DNA from: Macrostomum lignano
Lineage: Eukaryota
DNA length: 64,000 nucleotides
Assembly: GCA_002269645.1 (NCBI GenBank)
Contig: NIVC01003543.1
Location: 28,079-92,078, forward strand
Reading direction: 5' to 3'
The translations under genes and the position numbers were made by a program. A model generated the notes under the pieces. The model worked only from the letters and a program-made list of their open reading frames with translations. It was not told the DNA's origin and searched no databases. Of the stretch, positions 13,640-25,600 are shown piece after piece (position 1 is the stretch's first letter; each line of letters opens with the position of its first letter).

Positions 13640-16600
13640 TTATCAAGCGCAGTAATCCTTGGCTATCGAGTGCAGTAATCCTTGGTTTATTAATAGCAAT
13701 AATCCATGGCTTATCGAGTGCAGTAATCCTTGGTTTATTAATAGCAATAATCCTTGGCTTATCGAGTGCAGTAATTCATGGTTTATTAATAGCAATAATC
13801 CTTGGCTTATCGAGTGCAGTAATCCTTGGTTTATTAATAGCAATAATCCATGCCTTATCGAGTGCAGTAATCCTTGGTTTATTAATAGCAATAATCCTTG
13901 GCTTATCGAGTGCAGTAATCCTTGGTTTGCCAAGTGCATAATCCTTGGTTTATTAATAGCAATAATCCTTGGTTTATCGAGTGCAGTAATCCTTGGTTTA
14001 TTAATAGCAATAATCCTTGGCTTATCGAGTGCAGTAATCCTTGGTTTATTAATAGCAATAATCCATGGCTTATCGAGTGCAGTAATCCTTGGTTTGCCAA
14101 GAGCAATAGTCCTTGGCTTATCGAGTGCAGTAATCCTTGGTTTGCCAAGAGCAATAGTCCTTGGTTTATTGAGTGCAGTAATCCTTGGTTTATTAATAGC
14201 AATAGTCCTTGGTTTATTGAGTGCAGTAATCCTTGGTTTATTAATAGCAATAATCCTTGACTTATCGAGTGCAGTAATCCTTGGTTTGCCAAGTGCATAA
14301 TCCTTGGTTTATCGAGTGCAGTAATCCTTGGTTTATTAATAGCAATAATCCTTGGCTTATCAAGTGCAGTAATCCTTGGTTTATTAATAGCAATAATCCT
14401 TGGCTTATCGAGTGCAGTAATCCTTGGTTTATTAATAGCAATAATCCATGGCTTATCGAGTGCAGTAATCCTTGGTTTGCCAAGAGCAATAGTCCTTGGC
14501 TTATCGAGTGCAGTAATCCTTGGTTTGCCAAGTGCATAATCCTTGGTTTATTAATAGCAATAATCCTTGGCTTATCGAGTGCAGTAATCCTTGGTTTATT
14601 AATAGCAATAATCCTTGGTTTATCGAGTGCAATTATCCTTGGTTTATTAATAGCAATAATCCTTGGCTTATCGAGTGCAGTAATCCTTGGTTTATTAATA
14701 GCAATAATCCTTGGCTTATCGAGTGCAGTAATCCTTGGTTTGCCAAGAGCAATAGTCCTTGGTTTTTTGAGTGCAGTAATCCTTGGTTTATTAATAGCAA
14801 TAGTCCTTGGTTTATTGAGTGCAGTAATGCTTGGTTTATTAATAGCAATAATCCTTGGCTTATCGATTGCAGTAATCCTTGGTTTGCCAAGTGCATAATC
14901 CTTGGTTTATTAATAGCAATAATCCTTGGTTTATCGAGTGCAGTAATCCTTAGTTTATTAATAGCAATAATCCTTGGCTTATCGAGTGCAGTAATCCTTG
15001 GTTTATTAATAGCAATAATCCATGGCTTATCGAGTGCAGTAATCCTTGGTTTGCCAAGAGCAATAGTCCTTGGTTTATTGAGTGCAGTAATCCTTGGTTT
15101 ATTAATAGCAATAGTCCTTGGCTTATCGAGTGCAGTAATCCTTGGTTTATTAATAGCAATAATCCATGGCTTATGAGTGCAGTAATCCTTGGTTTATTAA
15201 TAGCAATAATCCTTGGCTTATCGAGTGCAGTAATTCATTTTTTTTTAATAGCAATAATCCTTGGCTTATCGAGTGCAGTAATCCTTGGTTTATTAATAGC
15301 AATAATCCATGGCTTATCGAGTGCAGTAATCCTTGGTTTGCCAAGAGCAATAGTCCTTGGCTTATCGAGTGCAGTAATCCTTGGTTTGCCAAGAGCAATA
15401 GTCCTTGGTTTATTGAGTGCAGTAATCCTTGGTTTATTAATAGCAATAGTTCTTGGTTTATTGAGTGCAGTAATCCTTGGTTTATTAATAGCAATAATCC
15501 TTGGCTTATCGAGTGCAGTAATCCTTAGTTTTCCAAGTGCAGTAATCCTTGGTTTATCGAGTGCAGTAATCCTTGGTTTATTAATAGCAATAATCCTTGG
15601 CTTATCGAGTGCAGTAATCCTTGGTTTATTAATAGCAATAATCCATGGCTTATCGAGTGCAGTAATCCTTGGTTTGCCAAGAGCAATAGTCCTTGGCTTA
15701 TCGAGTGCAGTAATCCTTGGTTTGCCAAGAGCAATAGTCCTTGGTTTATTGAGTGCAGTAATCCTTGGTTTATTAATAGCAATAGTCCTTGGTTTATTGA
15801 GTGCAGTAATCCTTGGTTTATTAATAGCAATAATCCTTGGCTTATCGAGTGCAGTAATCCTTAGTTTTCCAAGTGCATAATCCTTGGTTTATTAATAGCA
15901 ATAATCCTTGGCTTATCGAGTGCAGTAATCCTTGGTTTATTAATAGCAATAATCCTTGGTTTATCGAGTGCATTAATCCTTGGTTTATTAATAGCAATAA
16001 TCCTTGGCTTATCGAGTGCAGTAATCCTTGGTTTATTAATAGCAATAATCCTTGGCTTATCGAGTGCAGTAATCCTTGGTTTGCCAAGAGCAATAGTCCT
16101 TGGTTTTTTGAGTGCAGTAATCCTTGGTTTATTAATAGCAATAGTCCTTGGTTTATTGAGTGCAGTAATGCTTGGTTTATTAATAGCAATAATCCTTGGC
16201 TTATCGATTGCAGTAATCCTTGGTTTGCCAAGTGCATAATCCTTGGTTTATTAATAGCAATAATCCTTGGTTTATCGAGTGCAGTAATCCTTAGTTTATT
16301 AATAGCAATAATCCTTGGCTTATCGAGTGCAGTAATCCTTGGTTTATTAATAGCTATAATCCATGGCTTATCGAGTGCAGTAATCCTTGGTTTGCCAAGA
16401 GCAATAGTCCTTGGCTTATCGAGTGCAGTAATCCTTGGTTTGCCAAGAGCAATAGTCCTTGGTTTATTGAGTGCAGTAATCCTTGGTTTATTAATAGCCA
16501 TAGTCCTTGGCTTATCGAGTGCAGTAATCCTTGGTTTATTAATAGCAATAATCCTTGGTTTATCGAGTGCAGTAATCCTTGGTTTATTAATAGCAATAAT

Positions 16601-18400
16601 CCTTGGCTTATCGAGTGCAGTAATCCTTGGTTTATTAATAGCAATAATCCATGGCTCATGAGTGCAGTAATCCTTGGTTTATTAATAGCAATAATCCTTG
16701 GCTTATCGAGTGCAGTAATTCATGGTTTATTAATAGCAATAATCCTTGGCTTATCGAGTGCAGTAATCCTTGGTTTATTAATAGCAATAATCCATGGCTT
16801 ATCGAGTGCAGTAATCCTTGGTTTGCCAAGAGCAATAGTCCTTGGCTTATCGAGTGCAGTAATCCTTGGTTTGCCAAGAGCAATAGTCCTTGGTTTATTG
16901 AGTGCAGTAATCCTTGGTTTATTAATAGCAATAGTCCTTGGTTTATTGAGTGCAGTAATCCTTGGTTTATTAATAGCAATAATCCTTGGCTTATCGAGTG
17001 CAGTAATCCTTAGTTTTCCAAGTGCAGTAATCCTTGGTTTATCGAGTGCAGTAATCCTTGGTTTATTAATAGCAATAATCCTTGGCTTATCGAGTGCAGT
17101 AATCCTTGGTTTATTAATAGCAATAATCCATGGCTTATCGAGTGCAGTAATCCTTGGTTTGCCAAGAGCAATAGTCCTTGGCTTATCGAGTGCAGTAATC
17201 CTTGGTTTGCCAAGAGCAATAGTCCTTGGTTTATTGAGTGCAGTAATCCTTGGTTTATTAATAGCAATAGTCCTTGGTTTATTGAGTGCAGTAATCCTTG
17301 GTTTATTAATAGCAATAATCCTTGGCTTATCGAGTGCAGTAATCCTTGGTTTGCCAAGTGCATAATCCTTGGTTTATTAATAGCAATAATCCTTGGCTTA
17401 TCGAGTGCAGTAATCCTTGGTTTATTAATAGCAATAATCCTTGGTTTATCGAGTGCATTAATCCTTGGTTTATTAATAGCAATAATCCTTGGCTTATCGA
17501 GTGCAGTAATCCTTGGTTTATTAATAGCAATAATCCTTGACTTATCGAGTGCAGTAATCCTTGGTTTGCCAAGAGCAATAGTCCTTGGTTTTTTGAGTGC
17601 AGTAATCCTTGGTTTATTAATAGCAATAGTCCTTGGTTTATTGAGTGCAGTAATGCTTGGTTTATTAATAGCAATAATCCTTGGCTTATCGATTGCAGTA
17701 ATCCTTGGTTTGCCAAGTGCATAATCCTTGGTTTATTAATAGCAATAATCCTTGGTTTATCGAGTGCAGTAATCCTTAGTTTATTAATAGCAATAATCCT
17801 TGGCTTATCGAGTGCAGTAATCCTTGGTTTATTAATAGCAATAATCCATGGCTTATCGAGTGCAGTAATCCTTGGTTTGCCAAGAGCAATAGTCCTTGGC
17901 TTATCGAGTGCAGTAATCCTTGGTTTGCCAAGAGCAATAGTCCTTGGTTTATTGAGTGCAGTAATCCTTGGTTTATTAATAGCCATAGTCCTTGGCTTAT
18001 CGAGTGCAGTAATCCTTGGTTTATTAATAGCAATAATCCTTGGTTTATCGAGTGCAGTAATCCTTGGTTTATTAATAGCAATAATCCTTGGCTTATCGAG
18101 TGCAGTAATCCTTGGTTTATTAATAGCAATAATCCATGGCTCATGAGTGCAGTAATCCTTGGTTTATTAATAGCAATAATCCTTGGCTTATCGAGTGCAG
18201 TAATTCATGGTTTATTAATAGCAATAATCCTTGGCTTATCGAGTGCAGTAATCCTTGGTTTATTAATAGCAATAATCCATGGCTTATCGAGTGCAGTAAT
18301 CCTTGGTTTGCCAAGAGCAATAATCCTTGGCTTATAGAGTGCAGTATTCCTTGGTTTGCCAAGAGCAATAATCCTTAGCTTATCGAGTGCAGTAATCTAA
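13640..18400. repeat. 24-bp satellite with 48-bp dimer and 1,485-bp higher-order repeat
   Basis: Alternating CTTATCGAGTGCAGTAATCCTTGG and TTTATTAATAGCAATAATCCTTGG monomers; diagnostic variants recur at 15173, 16658 and 18143 (spacing 1,485). Confidence 0.95.
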
Positions 18401-19209
18401 GTGTTTTTATTTAGTCCTTTAATAAAAGCTTTTAATAAAAAATTTTACACTACTACTTTTAAACTACTTAGATTCGAACCCAGGTCGCTGCATTAGCAGT
18501 CTGGTCTGCTCAGCTCTAGGCTAGCTCTCATCGAAGTTATCAGTGAATTTGTACCACTTATATAATTCAACACTCACACCAAGTCAGGTAGAGTAAAAAG
18601 TCGATCACGCGAAGCAGTTATGACATAATCAATTTCTTAGGCAAGTCAGTACCAGTGTCTATGAAAGTTAACAATATGGTTACGTAATATAAATTCAGTA
18701 CTGCACTATACTTTCACCCTCAAAGCTGTGACGCAATTCAATTGAGTGTCAAATTCAGCCAGTACACAGACGATAAATAAAGTGTATTGTGATGCAATCT
18801 ATTTCAGAATCAGAATTCAACCAGTCAGATTTTTCTCTAGCATTCTTACAATGCATTTCAGGTCGAAAGAGCTGCTTGACCTTTGCAAAAAATCATGTTT
18901 TTCGAATATTTAATCCCTTTAACATTGAGCAATTTCTTAGCCAATATGCATGTACCGTCCCGGGAAAATTTCTGATCGAATGGTGCAAGTTTGAAGAAAA
19001 TCGGTTGAGCCGTTCGGGAGAAAATCAATTACAAGCAAGCAACCAAGCATTTCATTTTTAGTATATTAGACTAGCAATCTTCGCCCCCCGATGGGGGACA
19101 TCTGGATAGAATCTCTGTTTTCTAAAGTAACAAAAAGACAGCCAAAAATCCTTCAAAAAGACAACAGACAAACTGCTCAAATGAAGTGCATTGCAAAAAG
19201 AAATCATCC

Positions 19210-19690
19210 CAAGACTGCAAGCATCCCCCAGATAGCAAGCATCCCCTAGATAGCAAGCATCCCCAAGATGGCAAGCATCCCCAGATAGCAAGCATCCCCC
19301 AGATTGCAAGCATCCCCAGATAGCAAGCATCCCCAAGATAGCAAGCATCCCTCAGATAGCAAGCATCCCCCAGATAGCAAGCATCCCCCAGACAGCAAGC
19401 ATCCCCCAGATAGCAAGCATCCCCAGATAGCAAGCATCCCCCAGATAGCAAGCATCCCTCAGATAGCAAGCATCCCCCAGATAGCAAGCATCCCCCAGAT
19501 AGCAAGCATCCCCAGATAGCAAGCATCCCCCAGATAGCAAGCATCCCCCAGATAGCAAGCATCCCCCAGATAGCAAGCATCCCCCAGATAGCAAGCATCC
19601 CCCAGATAGCAAGCATCCCCCAGATAGCAAGCATCCCCCAGATAGCAAGCATCCCCAAGATAGATAGCATCCCCAAATAGCAAGCATCCA
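19210..19690. repeat. 17/18-bp minisatellite (GATAGCAAGCATCCCCCA); shorter copies at ~5565-5665, 7925-8020, 13380-13620, 22810-22940
   Basis: Direct tandem copies near the 3' end of each Helitron unit. Confidence 0.95.
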
Positions 19691-19779
19691 CCAGACAATA
19701 AGTAGCTAGTGCGACAATTTCCTTAGCATTATAGCGGCTCCTTTAAAATTCGCTTACTTTTACGTTTGAAATTGTGTAT

Positions 19780-22080
19780 CTTTTTATGTTTAACAGGGTG
19801 GCTCTTTTATGTTCTACGCTCGTACATGGTAACTCTTTTATGTTTGATACGGTGGCTTTTCAATGTCTGACATAGTGGCTCTTCTATGTTTGACATGGGG
19901 GCTCTTCTATGTTTGACATGGGGGCTCTTCTATGTTTGACATGGGGCTCTTCTATGTTTGACAAAGTGGCTTTTTAATGTTCAAAAAGGTGGCTCTTTTA
20001 TGTTTGACATGGTGGCTCTTTAATGTTTGACATGGTGGCTCTTTAATGTTTGACATGGTGGCTCTTTAATGTTAGACAAAGTAGCTCTTTAATGTTTGAC
20101 ATGGTGGCTCTTTAATGTTAGACAAAGTAGCTCTTTAATGTTTGACATGATGGCTCTTTAATGATAGACATGGTGGCTCTTTAATTTTTGACATGGTGGC
20201 TCTTTAATGTTGGACATGGTGGCTCTTTAATGTTAGACATGGTGGCTCTTTAATGTTTGACATAAAGTCACTTATATGTTTGACATGATGGCTCTTTTAT
20301 GTTTAACATGGTGGCTCTTTAATGTTTGACATGGTAGCTCTTTTATGTTCGACATGGTGGCTCTTTAATGTTCGACATGGTGGCTCTTTTATGTTCGACA
20401 TGGTGGCTCTTTTATGTTCGACATGGTGTCGCTTCAATGTTTGACATGGAGTTACGTATATGTTTTACATGGTGGCTCTTTTATGTTCGACGTGGTGGCT
20501 CCTTTAATGTTTGACATGGGGTCTCTTCAATGTTTGACATGGAGTTACGTATATGTTTGACATGGTGGCTCTTTAATGTTTTACATGGTGGCACTTTCAT
20601 GTTTGACCTGGTGGCTCTTAAATGTTTGACATGGTGGCTCTGTAATGTTTGACATGGTGTCTCTTTAACGTTTGACATAGAGTCATGTATATGTTTGACA
20701 TGGTGGCTCTTAAATGTTTGACATGGTGGCTCTTTAATATTTGACATGGTGGCCCTTTTATGTTCGACATGGTGGCTCTTTAATGTTTGACATGGAGTCA
20801 TATATATGTTTGACCTGGTGGCTCTTGTATTTTTAACACGTTGGCTCTTTAATGTTCGACATGGTGGCTCTTAAATGTCTAACATGGAGTCACGTATATG
20901 TTTGACATGGATTCATGTATATGTCTGGTATGGTAGCTCTTTAATGTTTTACATGGAGTCACCTATATTTTTCATATGGTGGCTATTTTATGTTTGACAT
21001 GGTGGCTCTTTAATGTTTTACATGGTGGCACTTTCATGTTTGACCTGGTGGCTCTTTAATGTTTGACATGGTGGCTCTTTAATATTTGACATGGTGGCCC
21101 TTTTATGTTCGACATGGTGGCTCTTTAATGTTTGACATGGAGTCATGTATATGTTTGACCTGGTGGCTCTTTAATGTTTGACATGGTGGCTCTTTAATGT
21201 TTTACATGGTGGCACTTTCATGTTTGACCTGGTGGCTCTTTAATGTTTGACATGGTGGCTCTTTAATATTTGACATGGTGGCCCTTTTATGTTCGACATG
21301 GTGGCTCTTTAATGTTTGACATGGAGTCATGTATATGTTTGACCTGGTGGCACTTTCATGTTTGACCTGGTGGCTCTTAAATGTTTGACATGGTGGCTTT
21401 TTAATATTTGACATGGTGGCACTTTCATGTTTGACCTGGTGGGTCTTTAATGTTTGACATGGTACCTCTTTTATGTTCGACATGGTGGCTCTTTAATGTT
21501 TTACATGGTGGCTCTTTAATGTTTGACATGGTGGCTCTTTAATGTTTGATAAGGTGGCTCTTTAATGTTTGACATTGTGGCTCTTTAATATTTGACAAGG
21601 TGGCTCTTTAATGTTTAAAATGGTGGCTCTTTAATTTTCGAAATGGTGGCTGTTTTATGTTTGACATGGTGGCTCTTTAATGTTCGACATGGTGGCTCTT
21701 TAATGTTCTTAATGGTGTCTGTTTTATGTTTGACCTGGCGGCTCTTTAATGTTTGACATGGTAACTCTTTTAGGTTTGAAATGGTGTCTCTTTAATGTTT
21801 GCCATTGTGGCTCTTTAATGTTTGACATGGTGGCTTTTTAATGTTCGACATGGTGGCTCTTTTAGGTTTGAAATGGTGGCTCTTTAATGTTTGACATTGT
21901 GGCTCTTTAATGTTCGACATGGTGGCTCTTTAATGTTTGACATGGTAACTCTTGTATGTTTGATATGGTGGCTCTTTTATGTTCGACATGGTGGCTCTTT
22001 AATGTTTGACATTGTGGCTCTTTAATGTTTGAAATGGTGGCTCTTTAATGTTTCGATATGGTGGCTCTTTAATGTTGAGA
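19780..22080. repeat. 23-bp minisatellite, Helitron unit 4
   Basis: Same monomer as units 1 and 2. Confidence 0.95.
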
Positions 22081-22662
22081 ATTTTGTGTTTTTTAACGTG
22101 TTTTAATAAAAAAAACATTTTTCACCACTAAGATTCGAACCAAGGTCGCTACATTAGCATTCCAGTCTGTTTGCATCCGGCTATCTCTTTTCAAATCGAG
22201 AACATGACTTGTGGCCCTTATAATTCAATACTTATAGCAAGTCGGTTAGAGTAAAAAGTTATGACATAATCAATTTCTCAGTCAGCCAGTATCAGTCTCA
22301 ATTCAAGTTAGCAATATGGTTACGCAATTTCAATGAAGTCTTGTGTGCGTTTCTGTGGCACTGTTTTCACCTTGTTGTGATGCAATCTTTATCACAATCG
22401 TAATTCAGCCAGTCAGTTTTTTCTCTAGCATTCTTACAATGCATTTCAAGTCAAAAATTTGGCTTGACCTTTGCAAAAAAGCATGTTTTTCGAATATTTA
22501 ATCCCTTTAACATTGAGCAATTTCTTAGCCAAGATACATGTACCGTCCCAGGAACATTTCTGATCGAATGGTGCAAGTTTGAAGAAAATCGGTTGAGCCA
22601 TTTTTTCTGAAATCTATCGCATAGCTAGTTAGTTACAGACATTTCATTTTTAGTATATAGGA

Positions 22663-25600
22663 CTAGCAATCTTCGCCCCCCGATGGGGGACATCTGGATA
22701 GAATCTCTGTTCTCTACACGGATCAAAAACACATCCAAATAAAGCCTTCACAAAGACAATAAACAAACTGCTCAAATGAAGAGCAATGCGAAAAGAAAAC
22801 ATCCCAAGACAGCATGCAAGCATCCCCCCCCAGATAGCAAGCATCCCCCCCCCAGATAGCAAGCACCCCCAGATAGCAAGCACCCCCCCATAGCAAGCAT
22901 CCAATTGATAGCAAGTATCTATCCTTAAATAGCAAGCATCCACCAGACAATAAGTATCTAGTGCAACAATTTTCTTAGCTTTATGGTGGCTTCTTTATGA
23001 TTGGCATGACGCTTCTTTTTACGTTTGTAATTGTCTCTTTTATGTTTGACATGGTGGCTCTTTTATGTTTGGCATGGTGGCTCTTTTATGTTTGACATGG
23101 TGGCTCTTTAATGTTTGAAATGGTGGCTCTTTTATGTTTTACATGGTGGGTCTTTAATGTTCGACATGATGGCTCTTTAATGTTTGACATGGTGGCTCTT
23201 TAATGTTTGACCTGGTGGCACTTTACTGTCTGCAATGATGGCTCTTTAATGTTTGACATGGAGTCACGTATACGCTTGACATGGTGACTCGTTAATGTTT
23301 GACATGGTGGCTCTTTAATGTTTTACATGGTGGCTCTTTTATGTTCGACATGGTGGCTCTTTAACGTTCGATATGGTGGCTCTTTAATGTTCGACATGGA
23401 GTCACATATATGTTAGACATGGTGGCTCTTTAATGTTGGACATGGTTGCTTTTTAATGTTCGACATGGTGGCACTTTAATGTCTGAAATGATGGCTCTTT
23501 AATGTTTGACATGGAGTCACGTATACGCTTGACATGGTGACTCGCTAATGTTTGACATGGTGGCTCTTTAACGTTCGACATGGTGGCTCTTTAATGTTAG
23601 ACATGGTGGCTCTTTAATGTTTTACATGGTGGCTCTTTTATGTTCGACATGGTGGCTCTTTAACGTTCGACATGGTGGCTCTTTAATGTTAGACATGGTG
23701 GCTCTTTAATGTTTTACATGGTGGCTCTTTTATGTTCGACATGGTGGCTCTTTAACGTTCGACATGGTGGCTCTTTAATGTTCGACATGGAGTCACATAT
23801 ATGTTGGACATGGTGGCTCTTAAATGTTGGACATGGTGGCTCTTTAATGTTAGACATGGTGGCTCTTTAAATTTTTTTCATGGTGGCTCTTAAATGTTTG
23901 ACATGGTGGCTCTTTATTATTTGACATGGTGGCTCTTTAATGTTTGACATGGTGGTTCTTTATTGTTCGACATGGTGGCTCTTTAATGTTCGACGTGGTG
24001 GCTCTTTAATGTTCGACAAAGTGGCTCCTTTATGTTTGACATGGTGGCTCTTTAATGTTTGACATGGTGGCTCTTTAATGTTTGACATTGTAGCTCTTAA
24101 ATGTTCGACATGGTGGTTCTTTTACGTTTGACATGGTGGCTCTTTAATGTTTGACATTGTAGCTCTTAAATGTTCGACATGGTGGTTCTTTTACGTTTGA
24201 CATGGTGGCTCTTTAATTTTCGACATGTTGGCTCTTTAATGTTCGACGTGGTGGCTCTTTAATGTTCGACAAAGTGGCTCCTTTATGTTTGACATGGTGG
24301 CTCTTTAATTTTCGACATGTTGGCTCTTTTATGTTTGACATGGTAGCTGTTTAATTTTCGACATGTCGGCTCTTTTATGTTTGACATGGTGGCTCTTTAA
24401 TGTTTGATATGGTGGCTCTTTTATGTTTTACATGGTGTGTCTTTAATGTTCGACATGATGGCTCTTTAATGTTTGACATGGTGGCTCTTTAATGTTTGAC
24501 CTGGTGGCACTTTACTGTCTGCAATGATGGCTCTTTAATGTTTGACATGGAGTCACGTATACGCTTGACATGGTGACTCGTTAATGTTTGACATGGTGGC
24601 TCTTTAATGTTTTACATGGTGGCTCTTTTATGTTCGATATGGTGGCTCTTTAACGTTCGATATGGTGGCTCTTTAATGTTCGACTTGGAGTCACATATAT
24701 GTTAGACATGGTGGCTCTTTAATGTTGGACATGGTGGCTTTTTAATGTTCGACATGGTGACACTTTAATGTCTGAAATGATGGCTCTTTAATGTTTGACA
24801 TGGAGTCACGTATACGATTGACATGGTGACTCGTTAATGTTTGACATGGTGGCTCTTTAACGTTCGACATGGTGGCTCTTTAATGTTAGACATGGTGGCT
24901 CTTTAATGTTTTACATGGTGGCTCTTTTATGTTCGACATGGTGGCTCTTTAACGTTCGACATGGTGGCTCTTTAATGTTCGACACGGAGTCACATATATG
25001 TTGGACATGGTGGCTCTTTAATGTTGCATGTTGGACATGGTGGCTCTTTAATGTTAGACATGGTGGCTCTTTAAATCTTTTTCATGGTGGCTCTTAAATG
25101 TTTGACATGGTGGCTCTTTATTATTTGACATGGTGGCTCTTTAATGTTTGACATGGTGGTTCTTTAATGTTCGACATGGTGGCTCTTTAATGTTCGACGT
25201 GGTGGCTCTTTAATGTTCGACAAAGTGGCTCCTTTATGTTTGACATGGTGGCTCTTTAATGTTTGACATGGTGGCTCTTTAATGTTTGACATTGTAGCTC
25301 TTAAATGTTCGACATGGTGGTTCTTTTACGTTTGACATGGTGGCTCTTTAATGTTTGACATTGTAGCTCTTAAATGTTCGACATGGTGGTTCTTTTACGT
25401 TTGACATGGTGGCTCTTTAATTTTCGACATGTTGGCTCTTTTATGTTTGACATGGTAGCTCTTTAATTTTCGACATGTCGGCTCTTTTATGCTTGACATG
25501 GTAGCTCTTTAATGTTCGAAAAGTGGTTCTTTATTGTTAGACATGGTGGCTCTTTTATGTTTGACATGGTGGCTTTTTCACGTTCGACGTGGTGGCTCTT

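Larger units (their letters stand above)
10739..19070 (-). mobile_element. Chimeric Helitron, unit 3 (family-A-like 5' end, different 3' end)
   Basis: 5' TCTAATATACTAAAAAT with the ~0.5-kb 5' region shared with the other units; 3' end CCCCGAAGGGG hairpin + GCAAAACTTTAGCTAG; two tRNA-like heads and three arrays inside. Confidence 0.8.
19071..22662 (-). mobile_element. Non-autonomous Helitron, unit 4 (family A)
   Basis: 5' TCCTATATACT; 3' CCCCCATCGGGGGG hairpin + GATTGCTAG; 17/18-bp array expanded at ~19210-19690. Confidence 0.88.

Noticed and set aside
13643-18378. Many 100-260-aa ORFs (LGLLIAII..., NPWFINS..., NQGLLHS...) resembling membrane or repeat proteins
   Set aside because: They are translations of a 24-bp satellite whose period is a multiple of 3; open in several frames on both strands with no unique coding sequence.
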